Shown: positions 39,408 to 50,077 of the stretch, piece after piece | Layout: each line of letters begins with the position of its first letter | Position numbering within the stretch: position 1 is the first letter of the stretch | Program-made: the position numbers and the translations under genes | The notes under the pieces: model-generated | Database searches by the model: none | Seen by the model: the letters and a program-made list of their open reading frames with translations, nothing else | What the model was told of the DNA's origin: nothing | NCBI GenBank assembly: GCA_030429545.1 | Contig: JAUIFF010000001.1 | Span: 275,599-339,598 of the forward strand | Reading direction: 5' to 3' | Source of the DNA: Polyangia bacterium | GTDB lineage: Bacteria; Myxococcota_A; Polyangia; Nannocystales; Nannocystaceae | Length of the DNA: 64,000 bases

Positions 39408-41168
39408 CTACGAGCGACCCAACCGGACCAACCGGCCCGGCCGCGCATCTGTCAGCCGGCCGTTTAGGGCAATGACCTCGCCGTTGACCAGCGTCGCCAC
39501 ATAGCCGTGGGCATCTTGCAACAGGCGTTTACCGCCGGCCGGCAAGTCAGCGTGCATGGCCGGCGCTCCCAGACGCAGGTTTTTGTGGTCGATGATATTG
39601 ATGTCGGCCCGCTGCCCGGGCGCAATGCTGCCGCGGTCGGTCAGGCCGATGTAGCGGGCGGTGTCGAATGCTTGCATCTTCACCAATTTCTCGAGCGGGA
39701 TCCGACCCTTTTTCCGGTCACGTCCCCAGTGGGTCAGCAAGAACGTCGGGAAGCTGGCGTCGCAAATGGTACCGACGTGGGCCCCACCGTCGCTGAGGCC
39801 GGGCAGGGCCAGCGGATGGGTGAGCATTTGGTGGACGTCGTCTAGGTTGAGCTTGCCGTAGTTGTACAGCGGGAAGTAAATCAGCGCACTTCCGTCGTCG
39901 GCGAGGAGCTCATCGTAGATGGCCTCGAGGACAGTACATCCGGCGAGCTGAGCTTTTTGGTAGATACATGTTTCGGGGCTGGGCTCGTAGTTGGGCTGCT
40001 CTCCCAGGTTGTACATGCGCATCGCCAGCATGTCGATTTGGGCCAGCAGCAGATCGGCGAGGGGGGGGATGGCCGAGCCGTCGCCGGACACTGGTTCTGA
40101 CTTTTCGGTCAGCAACTGGCGTTTGAACTCGGGGTCGCGCATCCGGGCCACGCGTTCGGCCAGGGGCAGTTGGCTGATCCGCTTGTAGCTGGGAAACCCC
40201 ATAAACGGGTGGAAGGTGGCGTTGAGGCCAAGCATCACCCCGATTGCTCGAGCTGCGACTTGCAGGCGAATGTTGATGCCCTCGCGGTTGGCCTGCTCGG
40301 CGCGTTCGATGATCCGCTGCCACTGCCCGGGGGCCTGGTCGCGCTGCATCGTCGAAATCGATAGCGGGTGACCGCCACTGTTTTTGACCATGGCCAACAG
40401 CACGTCAAACTCGGCGTCGAACGGCTCGGGGCCACGGCCCATATCGAAGTCGGAAACAGCCTGCAATACCCCGTGGTTGAGTCCATGGAAGGCTTCGGCG
40501 ATACCCGCAAGTTCCCGGCTGGCAGCCTCGGACGCGGGAGTGGGCTGGCCCAGACTGGTGCGGTGGTTGTCGGTGCGCCCGGTACTAAACCCGAGGGCAC
40601 CTGCCTCTAAGGCTTGGCGAACATGGTCGCGCATGGCCTTGATGTCATCTTCGTTGGCGACCTCTTCGGCGAGGGCCCGCTCGCCCATCACATACACCCG
40701 CAGGGCGTCGTGCGGGACCTGGGCGCAAAAGTCGATGCTGTGGGGGAGGTTGTCGAGTGCTTGCATATACTCGGGAAATGTCTCCCATTTCCACGTAAGA
40801 CCCTCGCTGAGGGCAGTTCCCGGGATGTCTTCGACACCCTCCATCAGTTGAATCAGGCGTTCGTGGTCGGTTTTTCGCACCGGGGCAAAGCCGACGCCAC
40901 AGTTGCCGAGGACGCAGGTCGTGACCCCGTGTAGCGACGACGGGGCCAGCGGGCCGTCCCACGAGGCCTGGCCGTCGTAGTGGGTGTGAATGTCGGTAAA
41001 GCCAGGTGTCACCACGGCCCCGTCGGCATTGATCGTATGTCTGGCGTTGCCATTACATGTGCCTACATCAATAATTTTGCCGTCGCGGATGCCGATATCA
41101 CCAGCAAAGCGCTCGCGCCCGCTGCCGTCGATGATGGAGCCGTTTGTGATCTTGAGGTCGTATGTCAT
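39408..41168 (-). CDS. N-acyl-D-amino-acid deacylase (D-aminoacylase), amidohydrolase superfamily
   Basis: MTYDLKITNGSIIDGSG...GAVVTPGFTDIHTHYDGQASWD is the typical D-aminoacylase N-terminus with a metal-binding HxH. Confidence 0.85.
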   Translation of the reverse strand: MTYDLKITNGSIIDGSGRERFAGDIGIRDGKIIDVGTCNGNARHTINADGAVVTPGFTDIHTHYDGQASWDGPLAPSSLHGVTTCVLGNCGVGFAPVRKTDHERLIQLMEGVEDIPGTALSEGLTWKWETFPEYMQALDNLPHSIDFCAQVPHDALRVYVMGERALAEEVANEDDIKAMRDHVRQALEAGALGFSTGRTDNHRTSLGQPTPASEAASRELAGIAEAFHGLNHGVLQAVSDFDMGRGPEPFDAEFDVLLAMVKNSGGHPLSISTMQRDQAPGQWQRIIERAEQANREGINIRLQVAARAIGVMLGLNATFHPFMGFPSYKRISQLPLAERVARMRDPEFKRQLLTEKSEPVSGDGSAIPPLADLLLAQIDMLAMRMYNLGEQPNYEPSPETCIYQKAQLAGCTVLEAIYDELLADDGSALIYFPLYNYGKLNLDDVHQMLTHPLALPGLSDGGAHVGTICDASFPTFLLTHWGRDRKKGRIPLEKLVKMQAFDTARYIGLTDRGSIAPGQRADINIIDHKNLRLGAPAMHADLPAGGKRLLQDAHGYVATLVNGEVIALNGRLTDARPGRLVRLGRS

Positions 41169-41467
41169 CGCCTGGTCCTCGCCGGCAGCCCGGGGAAAAC
41201 GAGACCGCCTACCTACTGTTGGTACCGTAACGTCCGCATACAGTGTTAATCAGATTGCTCACGCGTGGTCGCGCGGCCGCAATAGTGATCGCCAAAAAAA
41301 TCCCCAATCGTGGCACGAGGGTCGATATTGCCCTCTGTGAAGTGAGCATATCCATATGATTTTACTTTTAAACTGGCGTGCGCGTGCGCGCTGACTTTGG
41401 ATCGGCCGGTAAAACCAATGCAAATGCACGTATCTCGAGCCCACCAAAAGGCGGTACATCTCGGGGC

Positions 41468-43213
41468 ATGACCGAGGCCACCAACGAGCGCCGCCGCGTG
41501 CTGATGATCTACACGGGCGGGACGATCGGGATGACCCTTGGCGCTCGCGGGTACGAACCGGAGCCCGGGTTCTTGGCGCAGACGGTCCGCTCGCACCCCG
41601 CATTTCAGGACCCGGCGATGCCGCTCGGGGTCACGCCGCCATCGCGCCACGGGCAACGCATCGAGTACGAAATCTTGGAGTACGAGCCGCTGCTCGACTC
41701 GTCGAACATGGGGATGCACGACTGGGTTCGGATCGCCCGGGACATCGAGCGGTGCTACGACGAGTTCGACGCGTTTGTCGTGCTCCACGGCACCGACACG
41801 ATGGCCTACACGGCCTCAGCACTGTCGTTTATGTTGGCGAACCTGGCCAAGACGGTGATCGTGACGGGCTCGCAAATCCCGGTGAGCCAGGTGCGCAACG
41901 ACGGGGTCGACAACCTGCTCGACGCCCTGATTTTGGCTGGCCACTACGACATTCCCGAGGTTTGTCTGTACTTTCGCAGCAAGCTGTTTCGCGGCAATCG
42001 CACGCGGAAGTCCGACGCTTCGGGGTTGAGTGCGTTTTCCTCGGACAACTTTCCGGTGCTCGCCCGCGTGGGGATTGACATCGAGGTTTTTTGGGAACGT
42101 GTACTTGCACCAACCGGCGAGCCGCTTTCGGTCCGTCCGATCACAAATGCCAACGTGGCGGTGCTGCGGCTGTTTCCGGGGTTTCCAATGCATGTGTTTG
42201 AGAACTTCTTGGCGCCGCCCTTGCAGGGGGTGGTGCTCGAGACGTTTGGCACCGGCAATGCCCCGGACAATCGGCCTGAGCTGCTAGGAGCCTTGCGCCG
42301 GGCGAGCGAGCGTGGGGTTGTGGTGGTCAACACAACCCAGTGTGCACGGGGTTACGTTTCGACCCACTACGCTGCCGGTGCTGCCCTGGCCGAGGCCGGT
42401 GTGGTGGGCGGCAGCGACATGACGACGGAGGCAGCCCTGACCAAACTCGCCTACCTGCTGTCGCAGGAGTTGTCGCCGGCCGAGATCCGTATGCAAATAC
42501 AACAGGATTTGCGTGGTGAGCTAACGAGCCGGCGGCTGGCCACGCGCTACTCCCTGCGCGAGAAGGCGTTTGTCCGAACAGTTGCAGATGCACTTTCTGC
42601 GACGGCTCCGAGTGAGCGGGCCAAGGTTGCGCAGGCCCTCTACCCAGTTTTGATGTGTGCGGCGGCGGCCCTAGGCGATGTTGAGGCCGTACGGCGAATG
42701 CTCGATTCGGGGGCGGATATCGATGCCGGCAACTACGATGGGCGTACGCCATTGCACATCGCGGCCGCTGATGGCCACCTCGATCTTGTCGAGTTTTTAC
42801 TCGAACGCGGCGTTGACCCCGGGGCTGTGGATCGCTGGCAGCGAACCGCGCTGCGCGATGCTGTCAATGGCGGCCACGACGAAGTTGCCAGCTTGCTGCG
42901 TCGCCATGGCCAGCGGCTCGGCGGTCATGCATTGTCGCGCAGGTTGCTCGACTACGCCGGAGCCGGAAAATTCGCTGAAGTTCGCCGACTCGTCGACAAC
43001 GGCGTCGACCCGAACGCATGCAACCACGATCAGCGAACGGCCCTGCACCTCGCGGCCGCGAGTGGGCACCGCGAGGTCGTCGAGTATCTGCTCGCCGCTG
43101 GAGCCGACCCCGCTCGGAAGGACCTGTGGGGAGGGACCCCTCACGGGGATGCCAAACGCGGAGGTCATGAAGTGGTGATGTCCCTATTGGAAGGCGGGTC
43201 GACTGTTTCGTAG
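41468..43213 (+). CDS. Type I L-asparaginase fused to C-terminal ankyrin repeats
   Basis: VLMIYTGGTIGM (asparaginase TGGTIxM), HGTDTMAYTA, GSQIP. The C-terminus has four or more ankyrin repeats (DGRTPLHIAAADGHLDLVEFLLERGVD; DQRTALHLAASGHREVVEYLLAAGAD). Start moved to MTEATNERRRVLMIYTGG. Confidence 0.85.
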   Translation: MTEATNERRRVLMIYTGGTIGMTLGARGYEPEPGFLAQTVRSHPAFQDPAMPLGVTPPSRHGQRIEYEILEYEPLLDSSNMGMHDWVRIARDIERCYDEFDAFVVLHGTDTMAYTASALSFMLANLAKTVIVTGSQIPVSQVRNDGVDNLLDALILAGHYDIPEVCLYFRSKLFRGNRTRKSDASGLSAFSSDNFPVLARVGIDIEVFWERVLAPTGEPLSVRPITNANVAVLRLFPGFPMHVFENFLAPPLQGVVLETFGTGNAPDNRPELLGALRRASERGVVVVNTTQCARGYVSTHYAAGAALAEAGVVGGSDMTTEAALTKLAYLLSQELSPAEIRMQIQQDLRGELTSRRLATRYSLREKAFVRTVADALSATAPSERAKVAQALYPVLMCAAAALGDVEAVRRMLDSGADIDAGNYDGRTPLHIAAADGHLDLVEFLLERGVDPGAVDRWQRTALRDAVNGGHDEVASLLRRHGQRLGGHALSRRLLDYAGAGKFAEVRRLVDNGVDPNACNHDQRTALHLAAASGHREVVEYLLAAGADPARKDLWGGTPHGDAKRGGHEVVMSLLEGGSTVS

Positions 43214-43413
43214 TTCATGTGTCCCTTGCTTCATGTCCGAAAGTAATTTGGGCAGGTACGAGGCAAACGTTGTTTTGCAGGAAGTACGCTTGACGGATCG
43301 ACATTGCCTCGCCGATTGTAGGGTCGGAGGTGGGGTGTGGGTAACAGGCGCCAGGTTGTGACTGTGTTCGGAGCGTGCGAGGTCTATCTCGATAACCCCT
43401 ATGTGATGATCGG

Positions 43414-43776
43414 TTGGCTCGAGTCCTGCCGCGCGGTCGCGGGTATTTGGAAGAAGGCCCCAACTGGAACGCCATGGCAACGATTCAAGAGTCGCTGGAG
43501 GTCGGGCTAAAAATCGTGGTCGAGAAGTCGGCCACGCGCTGGGTCACCGATACCCGCGATATGGCCGTGATGCCGCCAGAAGCCCAAAAATGGACCAACG
43601 AAAGCTGGTGGCCCCGGGCGCTCGCCGCTGGCTTTCGCTGGCTGGCGATCGTGATGCCAAAAAGCGTTGTGTCGAAGATGGCGATCGACCGTTCGTTGGA
43701 CAAAAATGCCGGACACGAGACCCAGTTTTTTGGGGATGTTGAGGAAGCAATCGCCTGGCTCAAGACCAAGCCGTAA
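43414..43776 (+). CDS. STAS/SpoIIAA-like small protein (hypothetical)
   Basis: ~110-aa ORF immediately upstream of a STAS-domain gene. The start may be the internal MATIQESLE. Confidence 0.35.
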   Translation: MARVLPRGRGYLEEGPNWNAMATIQESLEVGLKIVVEKSATRWVTDTRDMAVMPPEAQKWTNESWWPRALAAGFRWLAIVMPKSVVSKMAIDRSLDKNAGHETQFFGDVEEAIAWLKTKP

Positions 43777-43778
43777 CC

Positions 43779-44411
43779 ATGGGGAAACCGCCCAAAAAAC
43801 CACATGAACTCGTCGCTCCTGAGCGGATCGAGCACCTGATGAACCTGGTGTTTGGCCTAGCCGCTGGTGCGACCGATCGGGACATGGCCCGGGTTGAGGT
43901 CCGCAATGACGACCACTTTGCCGAGCTCGAGCAGTTACTCAATGCATTTGCACAGGAATTTCTCGATGCCCGTGACACCGCCGAGTCGTTGGCGCGTGAG
44001 CGCCAGCAGTTGATCGAAGATCAGGAAAACTTGATCCATCAACTATCGACCCCGATTTTGGATGTGTGGAAGGGCGTGTTGGTCGCCCCCCTTATCGGTG
44101 AGCTCGATGATGCCCGGATGGACCGATTTACCGAGGCGCTGCTCAGCCGCATAAGTGAACGCGGGTCGACCGGGGTGATTTTGGACATCACCGGGGTGAC
44201 CGATCTCGGACCACAAACGGCCGCAACCCTGGCCCGAATTGCCCGCGCAATTGCCCTGTTGGGCTGTCGAGCGATCGTTTCGGGGATTTCACCGGCGATT
44301 GCTCGGATACTTGTCGAGCACGGGGTCGAGCTCGGCGTACCGACGGCACCAACCCTCGACGCGGGCCTGCGGATGTTTTTGCGTCGGCGCGGGCTTGCGT
44401 CCGTCAGCTGA
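43779..44411 (+). CDS. STAS-domain protein (RsbR/RsbS-like)
   Basis: The C-terminus LSTPILDVWKGVLVAPLIGELDDARMDRFTEALLSRISERGSTGVILDITGVTDLG is a canonical STAS/anti-sigma-antagonist fold. Confidence 0.6.
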   Translation: MGKPPKKPHELVAPERIEHLMNLVFGLAAGATDRDMARVEVRNDDHFAELEQLLNAFAQEFLDARDTAESLARERQQLIEDQENLIHQLSTPILDVWKGVLVAPLIGELDDARMDRFTEALLSRISERGSTGVILDITGVTDLGPQTAATLARIARAIALLGCRAIVSGISPAIARILVEHGVELGVPTAPTLDAGLRMFLRRRGLASVS

Positions 44412-45137
44412 GCACAGGTGCGTTGACCAGTGAGAGCACAAGCACGTTCAACGGCTCAGGTGCATTTGTAGCCGCAGCCGAAATCTGAGGTAGTTCGGGT
44501 TAGCCTTGGTACGGAGCCTGTGAGATGCCCGCGGTGGTATGGTGGCCCACGGTCTGGCTGAAGCTAGGTGCCGACAGGTACGAGGCAGCAACTGTCATCA
44601 GGGCGGTGACGGCAAAGGTCGCCGCGAGAAAGGTGTTCCACGATTTCATAGAGAGCCTCATAGGTCACGACAAATAAAGCGCGATAGGTCGGTCGATCCG
44701 AGTTCGGGCATGGCCTAAGGGGCATCAACTGTCCAACCTCGTCTGCTTGATAAGCGACGGTTGTGGCGATTTGGATTAACTTGTGCGCGAGAAAAATTTG
44801 CCATGTATGCGGCTGTAGGGGCAAGCAAGGCAAGGCGTTGCGGAGCACGGTGACGAGCTCCTGTCGAAGTTTGGGTCTGATTGTTCTTTGTGCTCCGGGC
44901 TTGCTCGGGATGGCGGTAGTTGTTTACGAAGTTGCATAGGCAGATATTTTTCCGGATCAGGCGACCTGCAGGCGGGCGTCCGGCACAATGCATAGGTGAC
45001 GATAGGGCGGACGTTGGTGGTCACGTCGTCCGGATTGGGTGTCCGCGGGACTCTGTCGATGGGTACAACTTGTCATCGATGCGACACCTCCGGTGTTGAT
45101 AGCCAGTCAACGAGGAACCTGTGGACTTCGTGGTACG

Positions 45138-47642
45138 ATGCCAACCGTGCGCGTAAAAGCAAGCAACCTCCGGTGCTTCGCCATGGCTTGTGCGGCACTG
45201 AGTGTGGTGATTGTAGAGGCTTGTGGTGGCAGGGGTGCTGAGACGTATGTGGATACATCTAAATCCCGAGTCGACAGTCAGGCGACCTCTGGCGCAGTGT
45301 TGTCGGGCAACCATGCGAGTGCCGGCGTTGCGGTGCTTGAACCTGTGAAGGCCGATACATCAGGTTCCGCCGCCACGGATGTTCCCAGCGACACAGCAAC
45401 CACGGATACCCTAGAAAACGCGCCTGCCCAGCAACCTCCTCCCGAGGTCGAGCCTCCTCCGGTCGTGCTTACGGTATTGAACCTCGACGGACAGCCGGTT
45501 TTCGGTACCGAGGTTATCCACGACCGAGACGGTCTGACCCTCGCGCAACGGACGTTGACGACCGGCGCAAATGGTCAGGTTTCTGTACCAGCCGACGCGT
45601 CGGTGAGCGTGAGCGCAGCCGGCTATGTTCGAGCAACGCCGCGGCTGTTGGCGAGGCAACAGGCAAGAACCGTGTACCTGCTACCGGCATCAACAATCGA
45701 GCTACGGGTGATTCATGCGGATACAAGTAAGCCGGTTGCAGGTGTTTCGGTGAGCCGCGGTCCGCTCGAAGTCGGTGTCACAGATGCGAGCGGTACATTG
45801 CGAATCGATGGGCTTGCCCCCGGTCGGATGTTGTTGACGGCTACGGGGCCCGGGGTGTTGGGGACCCGCTTCGCTGCCGTAGGTCTAGGCGAGTCGCAGG
45901 TGCTCGACGTTGCCGTCCACCGCACCACGGCGGTTGCCGGGCGCGTGACCGTCGACGGTAAAACCTGTCCTGGAGGTTATGTTTCAGTTGCCATCGGGGT
46001 CGAAGGCGGGAGCTCAATTTGCCCGATTTGTGGTGGTGCTGATGACACGCTTTCGACTGCGATCAGCAGCGACGGAAGCTTTCGTATCGAAGTTCCACCG
46101 GGGCTTTTGTACGCGCCTGAAGTCGCTTGTGACGATGCGATTGTCGAGCACCCAAGTCCCCTGTTTGTCGCCGGCCCGCCGCTCACAGGATTGCACTTTG
46201 ATGCCTCGCGCGGACGAGCGATTCGCGGGCGTGTGGTCGATAAAAACGGTCGTGGTGTACCCAACATCGACGTCCTGCTCGGCACGGAAGAGTTGCACGA
46301 AGACAACTCCACGCGTTCGGTCGAGACCGATGCCAACGGCCGGTTTGCAGTCGCAGGCCTGATCGCGGACACCTACTCCCTCAAGGCCGACTCGGCCGCG
46401 CCGGTCGATGTCTACTACGAAGGAGAAGCCTCGGTTGACCTCGAACAGGGCGATGCGACGGACGTGGTGATCGAGGTGGTTGGTTCGCCCTGGGAACCCT
46501 ACCCAGACGACTCGCGGCAAACGCCTGAACCGGTCACGACGGATGTCCACGGCACGGTCGTCGACCTGCGTGGGCGCCCGATATTTGGGGCCGTTGTCGT
46601 TGCACAAGGCGTTCGGCGGCGACACCAGGCCCTAAATGCTCTGTCGACTACTTGGGTTGGCCAACCTCCGGTGCGCAGCGATGTGGATGGCAGATTTACG
46701 TTGCAGGTCGTGCCGCCGGACCCGGATGATGAAGAACCGGTTTTGGTGCTGGCGTTTGTCCCGGGTGGCGACGTGGGCGTGTGGGACCTCGAACACCTCG
46801 ACAAACCAGTCACCATTCGCACCGCCCCGTTGGGCTCGATTGTCGGGACCGTACGCGATCGCTTTAACCGACCAGTGCCACATTTTGCCATCGACCTCGA
46901 ACGCGGGCGTGCGCGCAAAAAGTTTGTATTTGCACCCGATGGCCGGTTCGAAATTCCGGGCCTGGTCGAAGGTACATCCTACCCATTGGGGATCCACGCA
47001 CCACTAGGGGTTACCGGCAAGTCCGTCGCGATCCGTCGCGGCAAGAGCACCCGCGTCGGCCCTTTAAAGGTCGCTGGTGTGGCGACGACCCTGGCGTTGA
47101 CGCTCGAGAACCTCGCTGGCCAGGACATTGCGGGCTGTGACGTACAAACTCAACTAATTGGTAGTCGGCCGCGACCCAAGCAAACGACCGACGACGAAGG
47201 ATGGGTGTATTTTGAGGATGTACCCGCGGGCCCAACCTGGATACGCGTTGGGCCGTGTACGGTCGCTGGGCAGTATTATCCCGCCCAGCGTCAGTACGTC
47301 GCTGTGCGTGCCGAGCCCAATGCCATGCAGTGGCTGCGTGTGGCCGCCCAGGGCACTCGCTCACCCGTTTCGCTCGGTTACGAGGTGGCCCCGCTCAAGC
47401 CAAGTCTCGACCCCCTGGCGCAATCGCTTCGCGTGACTCGAGTACGGCCCGACAGTCCGGCTGCCCAAGCTGGTTTGCAGGTTGGGGACGTGATTGTCGG
47501 GGTAGGCAAACACTCGGTTTCGGGCCGCAGATCGTATCTTCACGAGCCGTTGACCAAGGTTGCCGCGGGGATGAGCGTTAAACTGCGCCTGGCCGACGGG
47601 CGTGGCTTGGAGTTGCAAACGGATGCGAAGACGGGGCGGTAA
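45138..47642 (+). CDS. Secreted multi-domain protein with carboxypeptidase-regulatory-like (Ig-like beta-sandwich) repeats and a C-terminal PDZ domain
   Basis: Signal peptide (MPTVRVKASNLRCFAMACAALSVVIVEAC). Repeated ~80-aa beta-rich modules (G.V.D..G.P...V.L). C-terminal PDZ (LRVTRVRPDSPAAQAGLQVGDVIVGVGKHSV). Confidence 0.55.
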   Translation: MPTVRVKASNLRCFAMACAALSVVIVEACGGRGAETYVDTSKSRVDSQATSGAVLSGNHASAGVAVLEPVKADTSGSAATDVPSDTATTDTLENAPAQQPPPEVEPPPVVLTVLNLDGQPVFGTEVIHDRDGLTLAQRTLTTGANGQVSVPADASVSVSAAGYVRATPRLLARQQARTVYLLPASTIELRVIHADTSKPVAGVSVSRGPLEVGVTDASGTLRIDGLAPGRMLLTATGPGVLGTRFAAVGLGESQVLDVAVHRTTAVAGRVTVDGKTCPGGYVSVAIGVEGGSSICPICGGADDTLSTAISSDGSFRIEVPPGLLYAPEVACDDAIVEHPSPLFVAGPPLTGLHFDASRGRAIRGRVVDKNGRGVPNIDVLLGTEELHEDNSTRSVETDANGRFAVAGLIADTYSLKADSAAPVDVYYEGEASVDLEQGDATDVVIEVVGSPWEPYPDDSRQTPEPVTTDVHGTVVDLRGRPIFGAVVVAQGVRRRHQALNALSTTWVGQPPVRSDVDGRFTLQVVPPDPDDEEPVLVLAFVPGGDVGVWDLEHLDKPVTIRTAPLGSIVGTVRDRFNRPVPHFAIDLERGRARKKFVFAPDGRFEIPGLVEGTSYPLGIHAPLGVTGKSVAIRRGKSTRVGPLKVAGVATTLALTLENLAGQDIAGCDVQTQLIGSRPRPKQTTDDEGWVYFEDVPAGPTWIRVGPCTVAGQYYPAQRQYVAVRAEPNAMQWLRVAAQGTRSPVSLGYEVAPLKPSLDPLAQSLRVTRVRPDSPAAQAGLQVGDVIVGVGKHSVSGRRSYLHEPLTKVAAGMSVKLRLADGRGLELQTDAKTGR

Positions 47643-47706
47643 CCCACTCGCGTCTGAAAACTCGATACAGTCGAAACACGAGAGTGTGGGTCGAGAAAAC
47701 CGCGGA

Positions 47707-49041
47707 CTAGCTTTCAGCCAACACTAGCGAAGCTGCATCGTGGCCACTTTGCGCCGCCGACTCGATTGTCGCTGGCAGGCCGGTGCGTACCCAGTCACCG
47801 GCGAGCCATAGCCCGTTGACGGGAGAACGTGCCTCGGGGCGCCAGTGGTAGGTTCCGGCTGCGTGGGAGATGGTTGCCCGCTTTTCTTTGATCACCCGCA
47901 CCTCGTGAATGGCGAGGGGACGGTGGGGGAAAAACCGCTTGAGCTCATCGGCGAGCAGCTGTTGGAGGCTACTTTGGCTGTCTTCGACAAACGCCCGTGC
48001 GCCTGAAATTGTGGCGTTGAGCAGGACTTTTCCGGTGCGCTCGCCCTCGATGTGGGAGCGGTCAAACATCCAGTGCAGGGGGCTGTGGACGAGGCCGACA
48101 AACGGCTTTCCGGGGAATGGCGAGCGGTCGACGTGTGCCCAAATATTGACGATGGGAGCAGTTTTGAGGCGCCGGATGTCGTGGAAGACCGGGTGGCTGT
48201 GGTGGTTGTCGGGCAGCAGGTCGAGCAACGCATGCGGGGGGACGGCCGTGATCACGGTGTCGGCTTCGACGGTTTCACCGGACTTGAGGGTAAACCCTGT
48301 CACGCGATTGTTGCTGATACATAGTTTGCGTGCTGGCGTGCCGAGGTGGACTTCGCTTCCGCGGCTGCGCAAAAACTCGATCGCCCGCTCGACGTAGAGC
48401 TTCGACAGCGGGATGATGGGCATGCCGAGCCGGGACCCGTCGCGGGTGCCCAAAAAAGCCCGCTCGATCACAGCCATCAACATTGCGGCCGAGCTGACGA
48501 GTGGGTCGTCGTTGAGCGTCGCCCAAATGAACGGCTCCCAAAACACGCTGCGGATGGTGTTGGTTTGTCCGAGCCTGCGCAGCCACGCATCGCAGGTTTC
48601 GTTGTCGTCGGGGCGGCGGACTTCGTTGCGCAGCATCAGGCCAGCGCGCATGGCCGAGGCCTTGTGCAGCGAGCCGACGCCACGCATGGCCAGCAGCCCG
48701 GCTGCGAGATGCAGCGGCGCGGGCAGGGCAGGGCACCGTAGCGTGACCTCGCGGCCCCCTTCGCGGACCATATCGACGGCGAGGTTGCGCTGAAAAAAGA
48801 TGGTGTGTTCTGGCTTGGCACCGATGGCTTGTAAGAACGCGAGGGTCTCGCGGTAGCACCCCATCATCAGGTGCTGGCCGTTGTCGAGTTCGCGGCCAAA
48901 CAGGTTGTCGCGGTACGAACGTGTCCGGCCACCGCCGGCCTTGGTCGCCTCGTAGAGGTGAACTTTTTGGCCTGCGTTGGTCAAGCTGACCGCGGCTGCG
49001 AGCCCGGCGATGCCTCCACCGATGATTGCGATCGATGCCAC
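47707..49041 (-). CDS. hpnE: Hydroxysqualene dehydroxylase (FAD-dependent amine-oxidase family)
   Basis: MASIAIIGGGIAGLAAAVSL dinucleotide-binding motif. Last gene of the hpnC-hpnD-hpnE arrangement. Confidence 0.8.
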   Translation of the reverse strand: MASIAIIGGGIAGLAAAVSLTNAGQKVHLYEATKAGGGRTRSYRDNLFGRELDNGQHLMMGCYRETLAFLQAIGAKPEHTIFFQRNLAVDMVREGGREVTLRCPALPAPLHLAAGLLAMRGVGSLHKASAMRAGLMLRNEVRRPDDNETCDAWLRRLGQTNTIRSVFWEPFIWATLNDDPLVSSAAMLMAVIERAFLGTRDGSRLGMPIIPLSKLYVERAIEFLRSRGSEVHLGTPARKLCISNNRVTGFTLKSGETVEADTVITAVPPHALLDLLPDNHHSHPVFHDIRRLKTAPIVNIWAHVDRSPFPGKPFVGLVHSPLHWMFDRSHIEGERTGKVLLNATISGARAFVEDSQSSLQQLLADELKRFFPHRPLAIHEVRVIKEKRATISHAAGTYHWRPEARSPVNGLWLAGDWVRTGLPATIESAAQSGHDAASLVLAES

Positions 49042-49129
49042 TGCTGCGGTTACTTACCCGATCCGTCGCGGTTCGACAATCACTCGGGGCGTGATGCGGA
49101 CCCCACTGCGTGCGGAGATCGGTCGTGGG

Positions 49130-50077
49130 TTAGCCAAGGTTTGCAAGGCCCATGCGCGCGAGCACGAGGGCGGCGACTTTGAGTTTGTCGCGGCGGCGCA
49201 GGGAGGTTCTGTTTGTAAATACATTGAAGTTGCGCTGGCGGATTTCCTGCAAAATCTCGTAGTAGGTCCGTCCCATAATCTCGGCTGGCAACAGGGCCCG
49301 TTGGCCAGTTTTGGGCAGCAGCCGCCACGCGGTTTGGTACTCGCGCTCGGCCGCGGCCGCAAAGTCTGAGGCCGCGGCGACAAACCGGCCGTCGTAGCGG
49401 AACTCGAGGATGTCGCGGCTTTCGAGGCCGTGGCGGGCAAGCAGCTCCTGGGGCAGGTAAATCCGTCCGCGCATGGCATCTTCGGCGACGTCGCGCAGGA
49501 TGTTGGTGTATTGCAGGGCGAGCCCGAGATGTTCAGCGTAGGCCCGGGTTTGGGGGCTTTGGTCGCCAAACAACGCGATGCACAAAAACCCGACGCACGA
49601 GGCCACGCGGTAGCAATAAAGGCGCAGCGCGGCCATGTCGGAGTAGGTGCTGTGCTCCAGGTCCATGGCGACCCCGGCGATGATTTCGTCGAAGGCCTCG
49701 CGCGGGAAATTGAAACGCTCGTTGCAAGCCTTGAGCTGGCGCCCGAGTTCGGTACGTGGCGGGTCGAGCCCGATGTAGGGGTCGCCAAAGATCCTGGCGA
49801 TTTCGTGGGTCCACTCGTCGAGCGCCTCGGCAGCCTCCCGATCGCCCTCGGGCCCCGGTGCCCGTTCGTCGACGATGTCATCGACAACCCGGCAAAACTC
49901 GTAGACCTGGCGCAGGCCCTCGCGCTCTTCAGCGCCTAAAAATAGGAAGGCGAACTTGAAGTTGGAGGACGACCGCGTGGTTATCCGCTCAACCAGGGCA
50001 CCAACCTGGCTGGGCATTTGCTTGACGCGGTCGAGGAGGTCCATGGAGTTTGCCGGGGGCGATGGTTGTATATTCAC
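49130..50077 (-). CDS. hpnD: Presqualene diphosphate synthase (squalene/phytoene synthase family)
   Basis: Head-to-head trans-isoprenyl diphosphate synthase motifs (YCYRVASCVGFLCIALFG, DxxxD regions). Overlaps hpnC by 4 bp. Confidence 0.8.
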   Translation of the reverse strand: MNIQPSPPANSMDLLDRVKQMPSQVGALVERITTRSSSNFKFAFLFLGAEEREGLRQVYEFCRVVDDIVDERAPGPEGDREAAEALDEWTHEIARIFGDPYIGLDPPRTELGRQLKACNERFNFPREAFDEIIAGVAMDLEHSTYSDMAALRLYCYRVASCVGFLCIALFGDQSPQTRAYAEHLGLALQYTNILRDVAEDAMRGRIYLPQELLARHGLESRDILEFRYDGRFVAAASDFAAAAEREYQTAWRLLPKTGQRALLPAEIMGRTYYEILQEIRQRNFNVFTNRTSLRRRDKLKVAALVLARMGLANLG

